A stretch of 60,002 nucleotides of DNA, counting the filler. It is 5 parts of 5 records of this genome, joined end to end, with 100 filler letters (N's around TTAATTAATTAA, not from the genome) between each part and the next. Parts side by side here need not be neighbours in the genome. Positions count along the whole stretch, not along the records: positions 15,054 to 28,867 come from DRR723986_7949; positions 28,968 to 50,742 come from DRR723986_7950; 3 more parts are not named here. One strand, given 5' to 3'. Position 1 is the first letter of the stretch. The number at the start of each line of letters is the position of its first letter. A program made the translations under genes and the position numbers. This document shows, one piece after another, positions 21,269 through 32,790 of this stretch. The notes beneath the pieces are model-generated. The model saw only the letters and a list, made by a program, of their open reading frames with translations. It searched no databases and was not told the DNA's origin.

Positions 21269-21769
21269 ATGGCAAATATGAGACACATTATTTCCGTTCT
21301 CCTCGAGAACGAACCAGGCGCGTTGTCCCGCGTGGTAGGGCTTTTCTCTGCTCGTGGCTACAACATTGAGACATTGACCGTGGCCCCTACGGAAGACGAA
21401 ACTTTGTCACGCATGACAATTGTGACCGTGGGCTCCGATGACATCATTGAGCAGATCACCAAACACCTTAACCGCTTGATTGAAGTGGTCAAAGTGGTGG
21501 ATCTAAGTGATGGTGCGCATATTGAACGCGAACTGATGCTGGTAAAATTGCGGGCGGTTGGCAAGGAGCGTGAGGAATTGAAGCGCACTGCGGACATTTT
21601 CCGTGGTCGAATCATTGATGTCACCGAAAAAAGCTACACCATCGAGTTGACTGGCAACAAATCCAAGCTGGATGCATTCCTGGAGTCGATTGACCGCACT
21701 GCCATTCTGGAAACTGTCCGTACGGGCAGCTCCGGCATTGGCCGGGGTGAGCGAATCCTTCGCGTTTGA
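21269..21769 (+). CDS. ilvH: Acetolactate synthase small (regulatory) subunit
   Basis: ACT domain ENEPGALSRVVGLFSARGYNIE. Alternative start at 21278. Confidence 0.97.
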   Translation: MANMRHIISVLLENEPGALSRVVGLFSARGYNIETLTVAPTEDETLSRMTIVTVGSDDIIEQITKHLNRLIEVVKVVDLSDGAHIERELMLVKLRAVGKEREELKRTADIFRGRIIDVTEKSYTIELTGNKSKLDAFLESIDRTAILETVRTGSSGIGRGERILRV

Positions 21770-22855
<1,086 letters not shown>

Positions 22856-22880
22856 TTGGCCGCTTTTCTGCTTTAAAAGA

Positions 22881-22914
22881 AAACCCGCAGTGCGAAAGTA
22901 CTGTGGGTTTTTTT
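22881..22914 (+). terminator. Rho-independent terminator after ilvC
   Basis: aacccgcagtgc-GAAA-gtactgtgggtt followed by a T run. Confidence 0.85.
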
Positions 22915-23028
22915 GTATTGAATTGGGGGGCCTCTTCGGATTCTTATTGGTCAATTCGCACAAAACCTCACGCACTTGACCTTTTTGGCTTATAAAATCG
23001 GTCTAATAATCATTCACAACAAAGAGCT

Positions 23029-23673
23029 ATGAACTATCCACATCCCATCATTGCCCGCGAGGGTTGGCCTTTCCTTGCAATTGTTGCCATTTTGGCGCTT
23101 GCGCTACAGTCCTTTGGCCTTACATTCCTGTCGGTAATTGCCTGGATACTGTTCATTTTTGTTTTGCAGTTTTTTCGAGATCCTCCCCGTTATATTCCAG
23201 CCCAAAAAAATGCAGTGGTGTCTCCGGCAGACGGTCGTATCGTGGCTGTGGAGCGTGTGGAGGACCCTTATGCTCAACGCGAAGCCCTGAAAATCTCGGT
23301 TTTCATGAATGTGTTCAACGTTCATTCCAACCGCATTCCGATCGGTGGTCAAATCAAGTCCGTTGATTATTTCCCTGGTCTTTTCGTGAATGCTGATTTG
23401 GACAAAGCCAGTACCCAGAACGAACGCAATGCAATCGTGATTCACACTGAGAGCGGCGCTACGGTGACCGCAGTGCAGGTGGCCGGCTTGATTGCTCGCC
23501 GAATCCTTTGCTACGTCAAGCCGAGCGAGAACGTGGAGAAAGGCCAGCGCTACGGCTTTATTCGTTTTGGCTCGCGCGTCGATGTATATCTGCCTACCGA
23601 TTCCGTACCCAAGGTTGCAATTGGTGACAAAGTCTCCGCATCTTCAACCGTGTTGGCCGAGTTGGTGTCCTGA
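23029..23673 (+). CDS. psd: Phosphatidylserine decarboxylase (short type)
   Basis: [23 protein letters not shown] and the self-cleavage motif RFGSRVD. Confidence 0.95.
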   Translation: MNYPHPIIAREGWPFLAIVAILALALQSFGLTFLSVIAWILFIFVLQFFRDPPRYIPAQKNAVVSPADGRIVAVERVEDPYAQREALKISVFMNVFNVHSNRIPIGGQIKSVDYFPGLFVNADLDKASTQNERNAIVIHTESGATVTAVQVAGLIARRILCYVKPSENVEKGQRYGFIRFGSRVDVYLPTDSVPKVAIGDKVSASSTVLAELVS

Positions 23674-23675
23674 TT

Positions 23676-24494
23676 ATGCGTTTCAAGCGGAACAAAAACC
23701 GTTTTGGCGCGCCGCGCACTTTTTCTGGCGGCGCAACTCGCCCTGCAGGTAAACCGCACAAGGGTGTTTACCTGTTGCCTAACCTGTTTACCACAGCGGC
23801 ATTGTTTTGTGGTTTTTACGGCATCGTGATGGCCATGGGGCAGCAATTCACCACTGCTGCAGTAGCCATTTTCGCAGCCTTGGTGCTCGACAGTCTTGAC
23901 GGCCGAGTGGCCCGAATGACCAACACCCAAAGTGCATTCGGCGCTGAGTACGACAGCTTGGCCGACATGGTTTCCTTTGGGGCTGCGCCAGCGCTGATCA
24001 TCTATGAATGGTCGCTGAGCGGAATGGGCAAGCTGGGCTGGGTCGCTGCTTTCGTCTATCTGGCTGGCGCCGCTTTACGCCTTGCGCGATTCAATACCAA
24101 TGCAGCCGTGGTGGACAAAGCGTGGTTTCAGGGGTTGCCAAGCCCGGCTGCAGCTGCTTTGGTGACCGGGTTTGTGTGGGTAATGGATGATGCCAAAATG
24201 GCCGGCGCCGAACTGGATTGGCTGGCCTGGGGTATTACTTTCTACGCCGGGATCACCATGGTATCCAATGTTCCCTTTTTCAGCGGCAAAGACTTCCATT
24301 TTCGCCGCAGTGTTCCCTTCCTAGTGCTCGCCTTGATTCCCTTGGTGTTTGCGCTGGTATCCCAGGATCCTCCCAAGGTGTTGTTTGGCGTGTTTGTCCT
24401 ATACGGGCTTTCGGGTTATGTGGTGTACGTGGTGCGTAAAGTGAAAGGGCAGGGGCTCAAAGGATTGGATATTGAGCGGGATGAGCACTTTTAA
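23676..24494 (+). CDS. pssA: CDP-diacylglycerol--serine O-phosphatidyltransferase
   Basis: CDP-alcohol phosphotransferase motif DSLDGRVARMTNTQSAFGAEYDSLADMVSFG. Confidence 0.95.
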   Translation: MRFKRNKNRFGAPRTFSGGATRPAGKPHKGVYLLPNLFTTAALFCGFYGIVMAMGQQFTTAAVAIFAALVLDSLDGRVARMTNTQSAFGAEYDSLADMVSFGAAPALIIYEWSLSGMGKLGWVAAFVYLAGAALRLARFNTNAAVVDKAWFQGLPSPAAAALVTGFVWVMDDAKMAGAELDWLAWGITFYAGITMVSNVPFFSGKDFHFRRSVPFLVLALIPLVFALVSQDPPKVLFGVFVLYGLSGYVVYVVRKVKGQGLKGLDIERDEHF

Positions 24495-24528
24495 CGAGTG
24501 GTTTCTGTTTTTTAGAGCGTGGCTGAGT

Positions 24529-24558
24529 ATGAATTTGGCCCTGCTTGAAAAGCGCTGA
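24529..24558 (+). promoter_or_regulatory. Candidate leucine leader peptide (MNLALLEKR) upstream of leuA
   Basis: ATG AAT TTG GCC CTG CTT GAA AAG CGC TGA has 3 Leu in 9 codons. A downstream stem at 24610-24642 overlaps the leuA SD. Confidence 0.4.
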
Positions 24559-24650
24559 GTTAATCGCTCACTTGCCCTCTGCTCGGGTTCGCCGCAATAC
24601 CGCTTCCAGCCTGCATTGTTGTATCCTTAGAGCACAATCAGGAGAACAGC

Positions 24651-26192
24651 ATGTCAGACCGCCTCATCATATTTGATACCACCTTGCGCGACGGAGAGCA
24701 AAGCCCCGGCGCGTCCATGACCCGTGAGGAAAAAATCCGCATCGCCAAGCAGTTGGAGAAGCTGAAAGTGGATGTGATTGAGGCCGGTTTCGCTGCCTCG
24801 AGCAATGGCGATTTTGAGGCGATTAAATCAATTGCCTCGGTCATCAAAGACTCCACTGTGTGTTCTCTGGCCCGCGCAAACGACAAAGACATTACGAGAG
24901 CCGGAGATGCGCTGGCACCTGCCGAGCGCCGCCGCATTCACACCTTCATTGCCACGTCGCCCTTGCACATGGAGGTGAAGCTGAGAATGACGCCCGATCA
25001 GGTTTTGGAGCAGGCGGTAAAAGCAGTGAAACTGGCGTTGCAATACACTGACGATGTCGAGTTTTCTGCTGAAGACGGCTATCGCTCTGAATTGCCGTTC
25101 CTTGCCAAGGTTTGTGAGGCGGTCATCAAGGCAGGTGCCAAAACAATCAACATTCCGGACACCGTAGGCTATGCTGTGCCCTCGCTGTACGGCGAATTCA
25201 TGCGTGATTTGCGCACATTGACGCCCAACAGCGACAAGGCAGTGTGGTCGGTTCACTGCCACAACGACTTGGGCATGGCGGTGGCCAACTCACTGGCAGG
25301 TGTTTCCATTGGTGGAGCACGTCAGGTCGAGTGCACAATCAACGGATTGGGTGAACGCGCTGGCAACTGCTCGCTTGAAGAGATTGTGATGGCCGTCAAA
25401 ACCCGTCGGGATTTCTTCGATCTGGATGTGGGCATCGACACCACCCAGATCGTGTCCGCCAGCCGCCTGGTCAGCAATATTACCGGTTTCGTGGTGCAGC
25501 CCAACAAAGCAATTGTGGGTGCCAATGCCTTTGCCCATGCGTCTGGTATTCACCAGGACGGTGTGCTCAAGGCTCGCCAGACCTACGAAATCATGACTGC
25601 CGAAGACGTGGGTTGGTCAGCAAACAAAATTGTGCTGGGCAAGCTATCGGGTCGAAACGCCTTCAAGCAACGATTAGAGGCTCTCGGCATTGAAATGGAG
25701 AGCGAGCAGGCCCTCAATGATGTATTCCAGCGCTTCAAAGATCTGGCAGATCGCAAAGCTGAAATTTTTGATGAAGACATTCATGCGCTTGTTTCGGGTG
25801 ACGGGGTAGGTGGTGAGTCTGAACACTATCGTTACGTATCGCTGGTCCAGCATTCGGAGACTGGCGAGCGACCCAAGGCGCGTGTTGTGTTCTCTATCGA
25901 CGGGCGTGAGGTGATCTCCGAGAGTCAGGGTAATGGTCCAGTAGACGCTACAGTGAAGGCCATTGAGGCGGAGGTTCAAAGCGGGGCTGAGTTGTTGCTG
26001 TTCTCGGTCAACGGAATTACCTCGGGCACCACTGAATCGCAGGGCGAGGTCACCATGCGACTTCAGAAAGGTGGGCGGATCGTCAATGGCGTGGGTGCGG
26101 ATCCCGATATTGTGGTTGCATCGGCCAAGGCTTATCTGTCTGCTCTCAATAAATTGCAGTCAAAGCACGAAAAGTTGAATCCCCAGGTTTGA
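24651..26192 (+). CDS. leuA: 2-isopropylmalate synthase
   Basis: [27 protein letters not shown] and the C-terminal regulatory domain (GNGPVDA). Confidence 0.97.
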   Translation: MSDRLIIFDTTLRDGEQSPGASMTREEKIRIAKQLEKLKVDVIEAGFAASSNGDFEAIKSIASVIKDSTVCSLARANDKDITRAGDALAPAERRRIHTFIATSPLHMEVKLRMTPDQVLEQAVKAVKLALQYTDDVEFSAEDGYRSELPFLAKVCEAVIKAGAKTINIPDTVGYAVPSLYGEFMRDLRTLTPNSDKAVWSVHCHNDLGMAVANSLAGVSIGGARQVECTINGLGERAGNCSLEEIVMAVKTRRDFFDLDVGIDTTQIVSASRLVSNITGFVVQPNKAIVGANAFAHASGIHQDGVLKARQTYEIMTAEDVGWSANKIVLGKLSGRNAFKQRLEALGIEMESEQALNDVFQRFKDLADRKAEIFDEDIHALVSGDGVGGESEHYRYVSLVQHSETGERPKARVVFSIDGREVISESQGNGPVDATVKAIEAEVQSGAELLLFSVNGITSGTTESQGEVTMRLQKGGRIVNGVGADPDIVVASAKAYLSALNKLQSKHEKLNPQV

Positions 26193-26326
26193 TTTTTGTT
26201 CAATTTCCAATACAATAGCGGGTTCAGGTGACCACCTTTTAATTAATTGCAATTGGCGGTGGTCTTTTTACACGGAGCTGCGGTCAACCATTTGGGCTGC
26301 AAGTTCACGCAAGTGGAGTAATAAAG

Positions 26327-26590
26327 ATGTCAGAAATCAATAAAGCGGCAATTCTTGCCGAATATCAACGCGCCAAGGGCGACACAGGTTCTCCCGAGGT
26401 TCAAGTGGCATTGTTGACAGCCCGAATCAACTCGTTGACCGATCACTTCAAGGCCAACGCCAAAGACCATCACTCACGTCGCGGTTTGCTGCGCATGGTG
26501 TCCCGTCGTCGTAAGCTGCTTGATTACCTCAAGCGCAAAAACGCAGATGCCTATCGCAACCTGATCAGCAATTTGGGTCTGCGCAAGTAA
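26327..26590 (+). CDS. rpsO: 30S ribosomal protein S15
   Basis: [13 protein letters not shown] and [13 protein letters not shown]. Confidence 0.99.
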   Translation: MSEINKAAILAEYQRAKGDTGSPEVQVALLTARINSLTDHFKANAKDHHSRRGLLRMVSRRRKLLDYLKRKNADAYRNLISNLGLRK

Positions 26591-26621
26591 TTGGTCGCTG
26601 CCACAAGCCGTTGATTTGACT

Positions 26622-26659
26622 CAAATGCCTGCAACCCTGGTTGTGGGCATTTGTGTTTT
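26622..26659 (+). terminator. Terminator-like hairpin between rpsO and pnp
   Basis: caaatgcctgcaacc...ggttgtgggcatttg followed by tgtttt. Confidence 0.65.
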
Positions 26660-26722
26660 AAAACTGACGGGCTCTCGCATCCGGGTATTGTCCTGGCGAG
26701 ATTACTAAAAGGAAAAGACAAA

Positions 26723-28867
26723 GTGTTTGAAATTCATAAAGAAACCTTCCAGTATGGTCAACACACAGTGACACTGGAAACCGGTGAAATCGCCCGTCAA
26801 GCAGACGGCGCGGTGATCGTGACTGTTGATGATACCGTGGTGTTGGCCACCGTCGTGGCTGCCAAATCAGCCAAGCCAGGTCAGGATTTCTTCCCGCTGA
26901 CAGTAGACTACGTTGAAAAATTCTATGCCGCCGGCCGTATTCCCGGCGGTTTCTTCAAACGTGAAGGCAAGGGTACGGAGCAGGAAACCCTGAACGCACG
27001 CCTGATTGATCGTCCATTGCGTCCCTTGTTCCCCGAAGGTTTCTTCAATGAAGTTCAGGTGACCCTGACCGTCATGTCAATTAACCCTGAGGTTAATCCT
27101 GACATTCCAGCGATGATTGGTGCGTCGGCAGCGCTGGCCATTGCTGGTATCCCGTTTAACGGGCCGATTGGTGGTGCGCGCGTGGGTTACATCAATGACC
27201 AGTACGTGCTGAACCCCACAGTAAGTCAGTTGAAAGACAGCAAGATGGATTTGGTGGTTGCGGGTACCGAAGCTGCGGTGCTGATGGTTGAATCCGAAGC
27301 ACATGAGTTGTCTGAAGAAATCATGCTGGGTGGCGTGGTGTTTGGTCATGAGCAGATGCAGGCGGCAATTAATGCCATCCATGCATTGACTGCCAAGGCG
27401 GGCAAGCCCGAGTGGGACTGGAAAGCTGCTCCGGTCAATGAGCCCTTGGTGGCCGCTGTGACTGAACTTGCTGCTGAAAAGCTGGCCGCAGCCTACAAAA
27501 TGACCCAAAAGCAGGCACGTAGTACTCGCCTGAAGGAAATTTCGGCTGAGGTGGCTGCTGAGTTGCCAAGCAAATTGACACCCGAGCAATATGCCGAAAT
27601 TACTCCTGCTGACGTGGGTGATGTATTGTTTAGCCTGGAATCCAAGATTGTTCGTGGTCAAATCCTGAATGGTGAACCGCGAATTGACGGCCGTGACACG
27701 CGCACAGTGCGTCCAATCACCGTGCGCACTGGCGTATTGCCGCGCGCACACGGTTCAGCGCTGTTTACACGCGGTGAAACCCAGGCCTTGGTGGTAACCA
27801 CCTTGGGCACTGGTCGTGATGAGCAAATGATTGATGCGGTAGCCGGTGAATACCGTGACCGCTTCATGTTCCATTACAACATGCCCCCGTATGCTACCGG
27901 CGAATGTGGTCGCATGGGTGCACCAAAGCGTCGTGAAATCGGCCACGGTCGTTTGGCTCGTCGTGCGGTTGAAATGATGCTGCCCGCACCCGAAGATTTC
28001 CAGTACACCATGCGTGTAGTGTCTGAAATTACTGAATCCAATGGCTCAAGCTCCATGGCTTCTGTCTGCGGCGGCGCATTGTCCCTGATGGATGCAGGCG
28101 TTCCTTTGAAACAGTTGGTGGCAGGTATTGCCATGGGTCTGATCAAGGAAGACAACAAGTTTGCGGTACTCACAGACATTCTGGGTGATGAAGATCACCT
28201 GGGCGACATGGATTTCAAGGTTGCTGGTACTGAAAATGGTGTTACTGCTCTGCAAATGGACATCAAAATTCAGGGCATCACCAAAGAGATCATGCAGGTT
28301 GCTCTAGCACAGGCCCGTGAAGGACGCATGCACATTCTGGGCATCATGAAAGAAGCGACCGGTGGAAGTGTGGGTGAATTGTCTGCTTACGCGCCGCGCA
28401 TGATCACCATGAAGATCAATCCTGAAAAGATTCGCGACGTTATTGGCAAGGGTGGCGCGACCATTCGTGGCATCACTGAGCAAACCGGCGCAAGCATCGA
28501 CATCAAGGAAGATGGTTCCATCACGATTGCGTCCGTGGATGGTGATGCTGGCGAACGTGCCAAGAAGCTGATCGAAGACATCACAGCCGAAGTAGAAGTG
28601 GGTGCTGTCTATGAAGGCACTGTGTTGAAATTGCTCGATTTCGGCGCAATCGTTAGCGTATTGCCAGGTAAAGATGGTTTGTTGCACATCTCCCAAATTG
28701 CCAACGAGCGGGTCAACACAGTTGGCGATTTCTTGAAAGAAGGCCAGGTTGTGAAGGTTAAAGTGCTGGAGGCCGATGAAAAGGGTCGCCTGCGCTTGTC
28801 CATGAAGGCCTTGCTGACTCCAGAAACGCCTGCTGAGCAGACGTCTGAAGGCTCAAGCGAAGGTTGA
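26723..28867 (+). CDS. pnp: Polyribonucleotide nucleotidyltransferase (PNPase)
   Basis: GTG start after [28 protein letters not shown] and DMDFKVAG motifs, plus KH and S1 domains. Confidence 0.98.
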   Translation: MFEIHKETFQYGQHTVTLETGEIARQADGAVIVTVDDTVVLATVVAAKSAKPGQDFFPLTVDYVEKFYAAGRIPGGFFKREGKGTEQETLNARLIDRPLRPLFPEGFFNEVQVTLTVMSINPEVNPDIPAMIGASAALAIAGIPFNGPIGGARVGYINDQYVLNPTVSQLKDSKMDLVVAGTEAAVLMVESEAHELSEEIMLGGVVFGHEQMQAAINAIHALTAKAGKPEWDWKAAPVNEPLVAAVTELAAEKLAAAYKMTQKQARSTRLKEISAEVAAELPSKLTPEQYAEITPADVGDVLFSLESKIVRGQILNGEPRIDGRDTRTVRPITVRTGVLPRAHGSALFTRGETQALVVTTLGTGRDEQMIDAVAGEYRDRFMFHYNMPPYATGECGRMGAPKRREIGHGRLARRAVEMMLPAPEDFQYTMRVVSEITESNGSSSMASVCGGALSLMDAGVPLKQLVAGIAMGLIKEDNKFAVLTDILGDEDHLGDMDFKVAGTENGVTALQMDIKIQGITKEIMQVALAQAREGRMHILGIMKEATGGSVGELSAYAPRMITMKINPEKIRDVIGKGGATIRGITEQTGASIDIKEDGSITIASVDGDAGERAKKLIEDITAEVEVGAVYEGTVLKLLDFGAIVSVLPGKDGLLHISQIANERVNTVGDFLKEGQVVKVKVLEADEKGRLRLSMKALLTPETPAEQTSEGSSEG

Positions 28868-28967
28868 NNNNNNNNNNNNNNNNNNNNNNNNNNNNNNNNN
28901 NNNNNNNNNNNTTAATTAATTAANNNNNNNNNNNNNNNNNNNNNNNNNNNNNNNNNNNNNNNNNNNN
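28868..28967. other. Artificial contig linker
   Basis: 44N-TTAATTAATTAA-44N. Confidence 0.99.
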
Positions 28968-29185
28968 CCAGCGCCGGTGAGCAAGCTGTCTTCATACTCA
29001 ACAACCGGCGGCGCAACCCGGTCGTACCCATGGGACTGGAAACTGTCCATAAGGCCGCGCACCAGCGATGCCTCATGCTCTGCTCGGGGGGCTAATTGGT
29101 CTCGGAAACCCTCTGGAAGTAACGCGTGACGGGCATATGAATTACCCGCCACATTACCGGTTGAATTACCAGTTGGACCGCTCAT
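28968..29185 (-). CDS. hisZ: ATP phosphoribosyltransferase regulatory subunit, 3' truncated
   Basis: LLPEGFRDQL...FQSHGYDRVAPPVVEYEDSL matches the HisZ N-terminus, in the usual position after serA in Alphaproteobacteria. Confidence 0.85.
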
Positions 29186-29206
29186 GTGGTCCGCTCCTAT
29201 CATCAG

Positions 29207-30784
29207 TTAGAACGTCAATTTTTTCGCCTGACGTACATGGGCCAGTGCGGCAAGCTGGTCAAGAACAATATCCTTAACCGGCTGATCCACTGCAACAAGT
29301 GCAACAGCTTCTTCACCCTCCAGCTTACGGCCTAGAGCAAAAGTTGCAACGTTCACACCGTTGTGTCCAATGAGCGTACCCAGCGCGCCGATAAAGCCTG
29401 GCTTATCATCGTTAACCACATAGAGCATGTCAGGCGCCAACTCTGCTTCTAACTGTACACCGTTTACTTCAACAATTCGCGGCTGTTGGTTGGCAAACAG
29501 CGTACCAGAAACAGTGCGCGCTCCGCGCTCAGATTCAACTGTCAACTTGATTAAGGTTTGATAGTTCCCATCACGGTCATGCTTCACTTCAGTAATCTGG
29601 ATATTGCGCTTCTTGGCGACAACCGGCGCGTTTACCATATTCACGCTGCTCATCAGCGGAGACAAAAGCCCCTGAAGCACGATAGCCGTAAGCGGGTTCG
29701 TGTTAAGCCGCGCGACATGACCTTCATACTCAATGACAACTCGCTTCAGCCCTGATTCTGTTATTTGCCCGGCAAAAGCACCAATTTGCTTGGCGAGATC
29801 CATATATGGCTTCAACTTCGGCGCTTCTTCCGCGCTGAGTGATGGCATATTGAGGGCATTGGTAACGCCGCCCGTGAGCAAAAAATCAGACATTTGCTCA
29901 GCAACCTGCAAGGCAACATTAATCTGCGCTTCGCTGGTTGAAGCCCCCAAATGAGGCGTACAAATAACATTCTCATGCCCAAATAATGGGTTTTCTTTCG
30001 CGGGTTCAACTTCAAATACATCCAACGCCGCACCAGCCACTTTTCCGCTATCGAGCGCCTCTTTCAGCGCGGCTTCGTCAATTAAGCCACCGCGCGCGCA
30101 GTTAACAATGCGCACGCCGTCTTTCATTTTCCTGAAAGCGTCCGCGCCCACAATACCCCGCGTTTGGTCTGTCAGCGGCGTATGCAGGGAAATCACATCA
30201 GCCTTGGCAAACAAATCATCCAACTCAACTTTTTGAATACCCAAATCTGCGGCACGTTCAACAGCAAGGTAAGGGTCAAATGCAACCACTTTCATTTTCA
30301 AGCCCTGTGCGCGCTCAGCTACAATTGAGCCAATGTTACCGCAGCCGATCAAACCAATGGTTTTGCCGGTAACTTCAACACCCATAAAGCGTGATTTTTC
30401 CCATTTCCCTTCATGGGTTGATGCGTTCGCATGAGGGATTTGACGAACAAGTGCCATCATCATGGCAATCGCATGTTCGGCGGTCGTAATGGAATTACCG
30501 AACGGCGTGTTCATAACCACAACGCCAGCGTCTGTTGCGGCAGGCAAGTCAATATTATCAACACCAATGCCTGCACGCCCAATCACTTTAAGGTTTTTGG
30601 CGGCTTTCAAAACATTTGGGGTAGCTTTGGTGGACGACCGAACAGCAAGGCCGTCATACTCACCGATTATCTCAATTAGCTCTTCTTTGGTAAGGCCGGG
30701 TTTTACATCTACTTCAACACCGCGCTCTTTGAATATTTTTTCTGCGAGCGGGCTCATTTTGTCTGAAATCAATACTTTAGGCAT
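29207..30784 (-). CDS. serA: D-3-phosphoglycerate dehydrogenase
   Basis: RAGIGVDN, GCGNIG, NCARGG, TPHLGAST and C-terminal ASB+ACT domains. Confidence 0.97.
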   Translation of the reverse strand: MPKVLISDKMSPLAEKIFKERGVEVDVKPGLTKEELIEIIGEYDGLAVRSSTKATPNVLKAAKNLKVIGRAGIGVDNIDLPAATDAGVVVMNTPFGNSITTAEHAIAMMMALVRQIPHANASTHEGKWEKSRFMGVEVTGKTIGLIGCGNIGSIVAERAQGLKMKVVAFDPYLAVERAADLGIQKVELDDLFAKADVISLHTPLTDQTRGIVGADAFRKMKDGVRIVNCARGGLIDEAALKEALDSGKVAGAALDVFEVEPAKENPLFGHENVICTPHLGASTSEAQINVALQVAEQMSDFLLTGGVTNALNMPSLSAEEAPKLKPYMDLAKQIGAFAGQITESGLKRVVIEYEGHVARLNTNPLTAIVLQGLLSPLMSSVNMVNAPVVAKKRNIQITEVKHDRDGNYQTLIKLTVESERGARTVSGTLFANQQPRIVEVNGVQLEAELAPDMLYVVNDDKPGFIGALGTLIGHNGVNVATFALGRKLEGEEAVALVAVDQPVKDIVLDQLAALAHVRQAKKLTF

Positions 30785-30865
30785 TGGTTTTCTCTCTCAT
30801 AATGTGTGCGGCAGTTCGCCGTATGTCGGGGGATAGGCCGACAGACATCGGCCTTAAATTTTACT

Positions 30866-32023
30866 TTATGCGTGGGAAGCTTTAACTTCAGCGTAAGCCC
30901 AATCCAGCCACTGCGTTAACACCGCAAGGTCTTCTGCTTCCACTGTTGCACCCGCCCATATGCGCAAGCCCGGAGGGGCATCCCGGTAAGCGCCGATGTC
31001 ATAAGCAACGTCCTCTGCGTCCAGCAATGCTGCCAGCTTTTTCGGAACTGCGGCTTGGGTATCGGCATCCAATGTTGCAAGCCATGGGTCTTTAACCTTA
31101 AGGCACACGGATGTATTGGAAATGGTTGCCGGGTCGTTGGCAAGAAACGCCGCCCAATCGGACGCGGCCACCCAGTCGGCAACAACCTTCAAATTGGCTT
31201 CAGACTTGGCCACAAGACCTTTTAGGCCGCCCAACTTAGCAGACCATTCAAGGGCATCTATATAATCCTCCACACAAAGCATCGAAGGCGTATTGATAGT
31301 GGCACCTTTGAAAATGCCCTCAATTAACTTACCGCCCTTGGTTAACCGGAAAATCTTCGGCAAAGGCCATGCGGGCGTATAATTTTCAAGCCGTTCAACA
31401 GCGCGTGGACTGAGAATAATCATGCCGTGAGCTGCCTCACCGCCCAGCACTTTCTGCCAGCTATATGTGACCACATCCAATTTTTCAAAAGGCAAATGCA
31501 TGGCAAAGGCTGCAGATGTTGCATCGCAAATGGTCAGACCCCTGCGGTCATCTGCGATCCAATCCGCATTGGGCAACTTTACGCCCGATGTTGTACCGTT
31601 CCACGTGAAAACAACGTCGCGGTCCGTATCAACCGCCGCCAAGTCAGGCAGGTTGCCATAGTCGGCGGTATAGATGTTCACATCATCAAGTTTCAGCTGC
31701 TTGGCAACATCTGTCACCCAGCCTGCACCAAAACTTTCCCAAGCCAGCATGTCAACGCCGCGCTCACCCAGCAATGACCAAAGGGCCATTTCAACCGCAC
31801 CTGTGTCAGAGCCCGGCACAATGCCGATCAGATAATCATCAGGCACGCCGAGGACTTCGCGTGTTTTATCAATAGCATACTGGAGTTTTTGTTTGCCCGG
31901 CTTTGACCGGTGAGAACGCCCGAGGAGAGCGTCATTTAAAGCGTCCGATGTCCAACCCGGACGTTTTGCGCACGGCCCAGAGCTAAACTCTGGACGCCGA
32001 GGCGCCGTAAGTGGCTTCGTCAT
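30866..32023 (-). CDS. serC: Phosphoserine aminotransferase (alphaproteobacterial type)
   Basis: [24 protein letters not shown] and the PLP lysine in SWQKVLGGE. Confidence 0.96.
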   Translation of the reverse strand: MTKPLTAPRRPEFSSGPCAKRPGWTSDALNDALLGRSHRSKPGKQKLQYAIDKTREVLGVPDDYLIGIVPGSDTGAVEMALWSLLGERGVDMLAWESFGAGWVTDVAKQLKLDDVNIYTADYGNLPDLAAVDTDRDVVFTWNGTTSGVKLPNADWIADDRRGLTICDATSAAFAMHLPFEKLDVVTYSWQKVLGGEAAHGMIILSPRAVERLENYTPAWPLPKIFRLTKGGKLIEGIFKGATINTPSMLCVEDYIDALEWSAKLGGLKGLVAKSEANLKVVADWVAASDWAAFLANDPATISNTSVCLKVKDPWLATLDADTQAAVPKKLAALLDAEDVAYDIGAYRDAPPGLRIWAGATVEAEDLAVLTQWLDWAYAEVKASHA

Positions 32024-32027
32024 ATAT

Positions 32028-32070
32028 CTATCCTTCCAGATAGTTGCGCCCCGTTGGGGAGGCGTGTCCC
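32028..32070 (-). ncRNA. serC leader cis-regulatory RNA motif
   Basis: The minus strand reads GGGACACGCCUCCCCAACGGGGCGCAA-CUAUC-UGGAAG-GAUAG immediately before the serC ATG. The CCCCAACGGGG hairpin plus the CUAUC/GAUAG stem over the SD match, from memory, the alphaproteobacterial serC leader. Confidence 0.8.
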
Positions 32071-32256
32071 AAAAATATTGCCGACCTCGCAGACGACTGC
32101 TTCCCGTTTGGGGGAAGTACCGAGGCCGATAAATAGACAAAGTTTGCTACAAGTCAATCAAGATATTCTCTCCGCCCTGTGATTTTTTCTATATCAACGA
32201 AGGAAACAAGCGTGCACTGTCGTAATATCTGCAACAAAGGTGTCTCGAGGTCAGTT

Positions 32257-32784
32257 ATGAAAAACATTATTTGCCAAAGCATTTTGGCGCTAATCACCCT
32301 TAGCCTGCTTGCTGGTTGCGCTAGTAATCGAGACAATAGAAGAAAGCCGCCTGAACTTTCTCCCGAACGCAAAGCTGAGCTTTATGAGAGGTTTGTCCGG
32401 CGATGGGACCTGAATGCGGACGGTCAGGTAACCTGCGTAGATGTAAATCTTCAACGCCGCGCTTTATTTTCGGTTTTGGATAAGGATTATGACGAAGAAC
32501 TGACTTCAAGCGAGTATAGATTTGCAAAATTTGAAGATAAAAGCTTTCTATTCTATCTGTTTACTGAAGTTGACACGGACAGTTCAGGGGCAATTACCTT
32601 GAAAGAATTAAACAGTGTTACCCACAGCCAGTTTACCAGTTTGGATAAGGACGGCAACTGTGTAATAAGCGAGCTTGAAGCGGAGGCTGAAGCCCGGGAA
32701 CGAGCGCGTGATGGACGCGACGGTCCGGGTGGACGAGAAAGAGGTAGTCGAGGTGATCGCGGCAGCAGGCCGCCAAGAAACTAG
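32257..32784 (+). CDS. EF-hand lipoprotein
   Basis: Lipobox LAGC and four EF-hand-like loops (DLNADGQVTCVD, DKDYDEELTSSE, DTDSSGAITLKE, DKDGNCVISELE), with an R/G-rich tail. Confidence 0.8.
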   Translation: MKNIICQSILALITLSLLAGCASNRDNRRKPPELSPERKAELYERFVRRWDLNADGQVTCVDVNLQRRALFSVLDKDYDEELTSSEYRFAKFEDKSFLFYLFTEVDTDSSGAITLKELNSVTHSQFTSLDKDGNCVISELEAEAEARERARDGRDGPGGRERGSRGDRGSRPPRN

Positions 32785-32790
32785 TGAAGC

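Noticed and set aside
28860-28867. Contig 3 ends exactly on the pnp stop codon
   Set aside because: No repeat or att-like sequence is visible. Most likely coincidence or trimming.
29139-29175. Imperfect 12-bp triplication at the hisZ N-terminus (GNSTGNVAGNS)
   Set aside because: Short, degenerate, low-complexity N-terminal tail with no sign of function.
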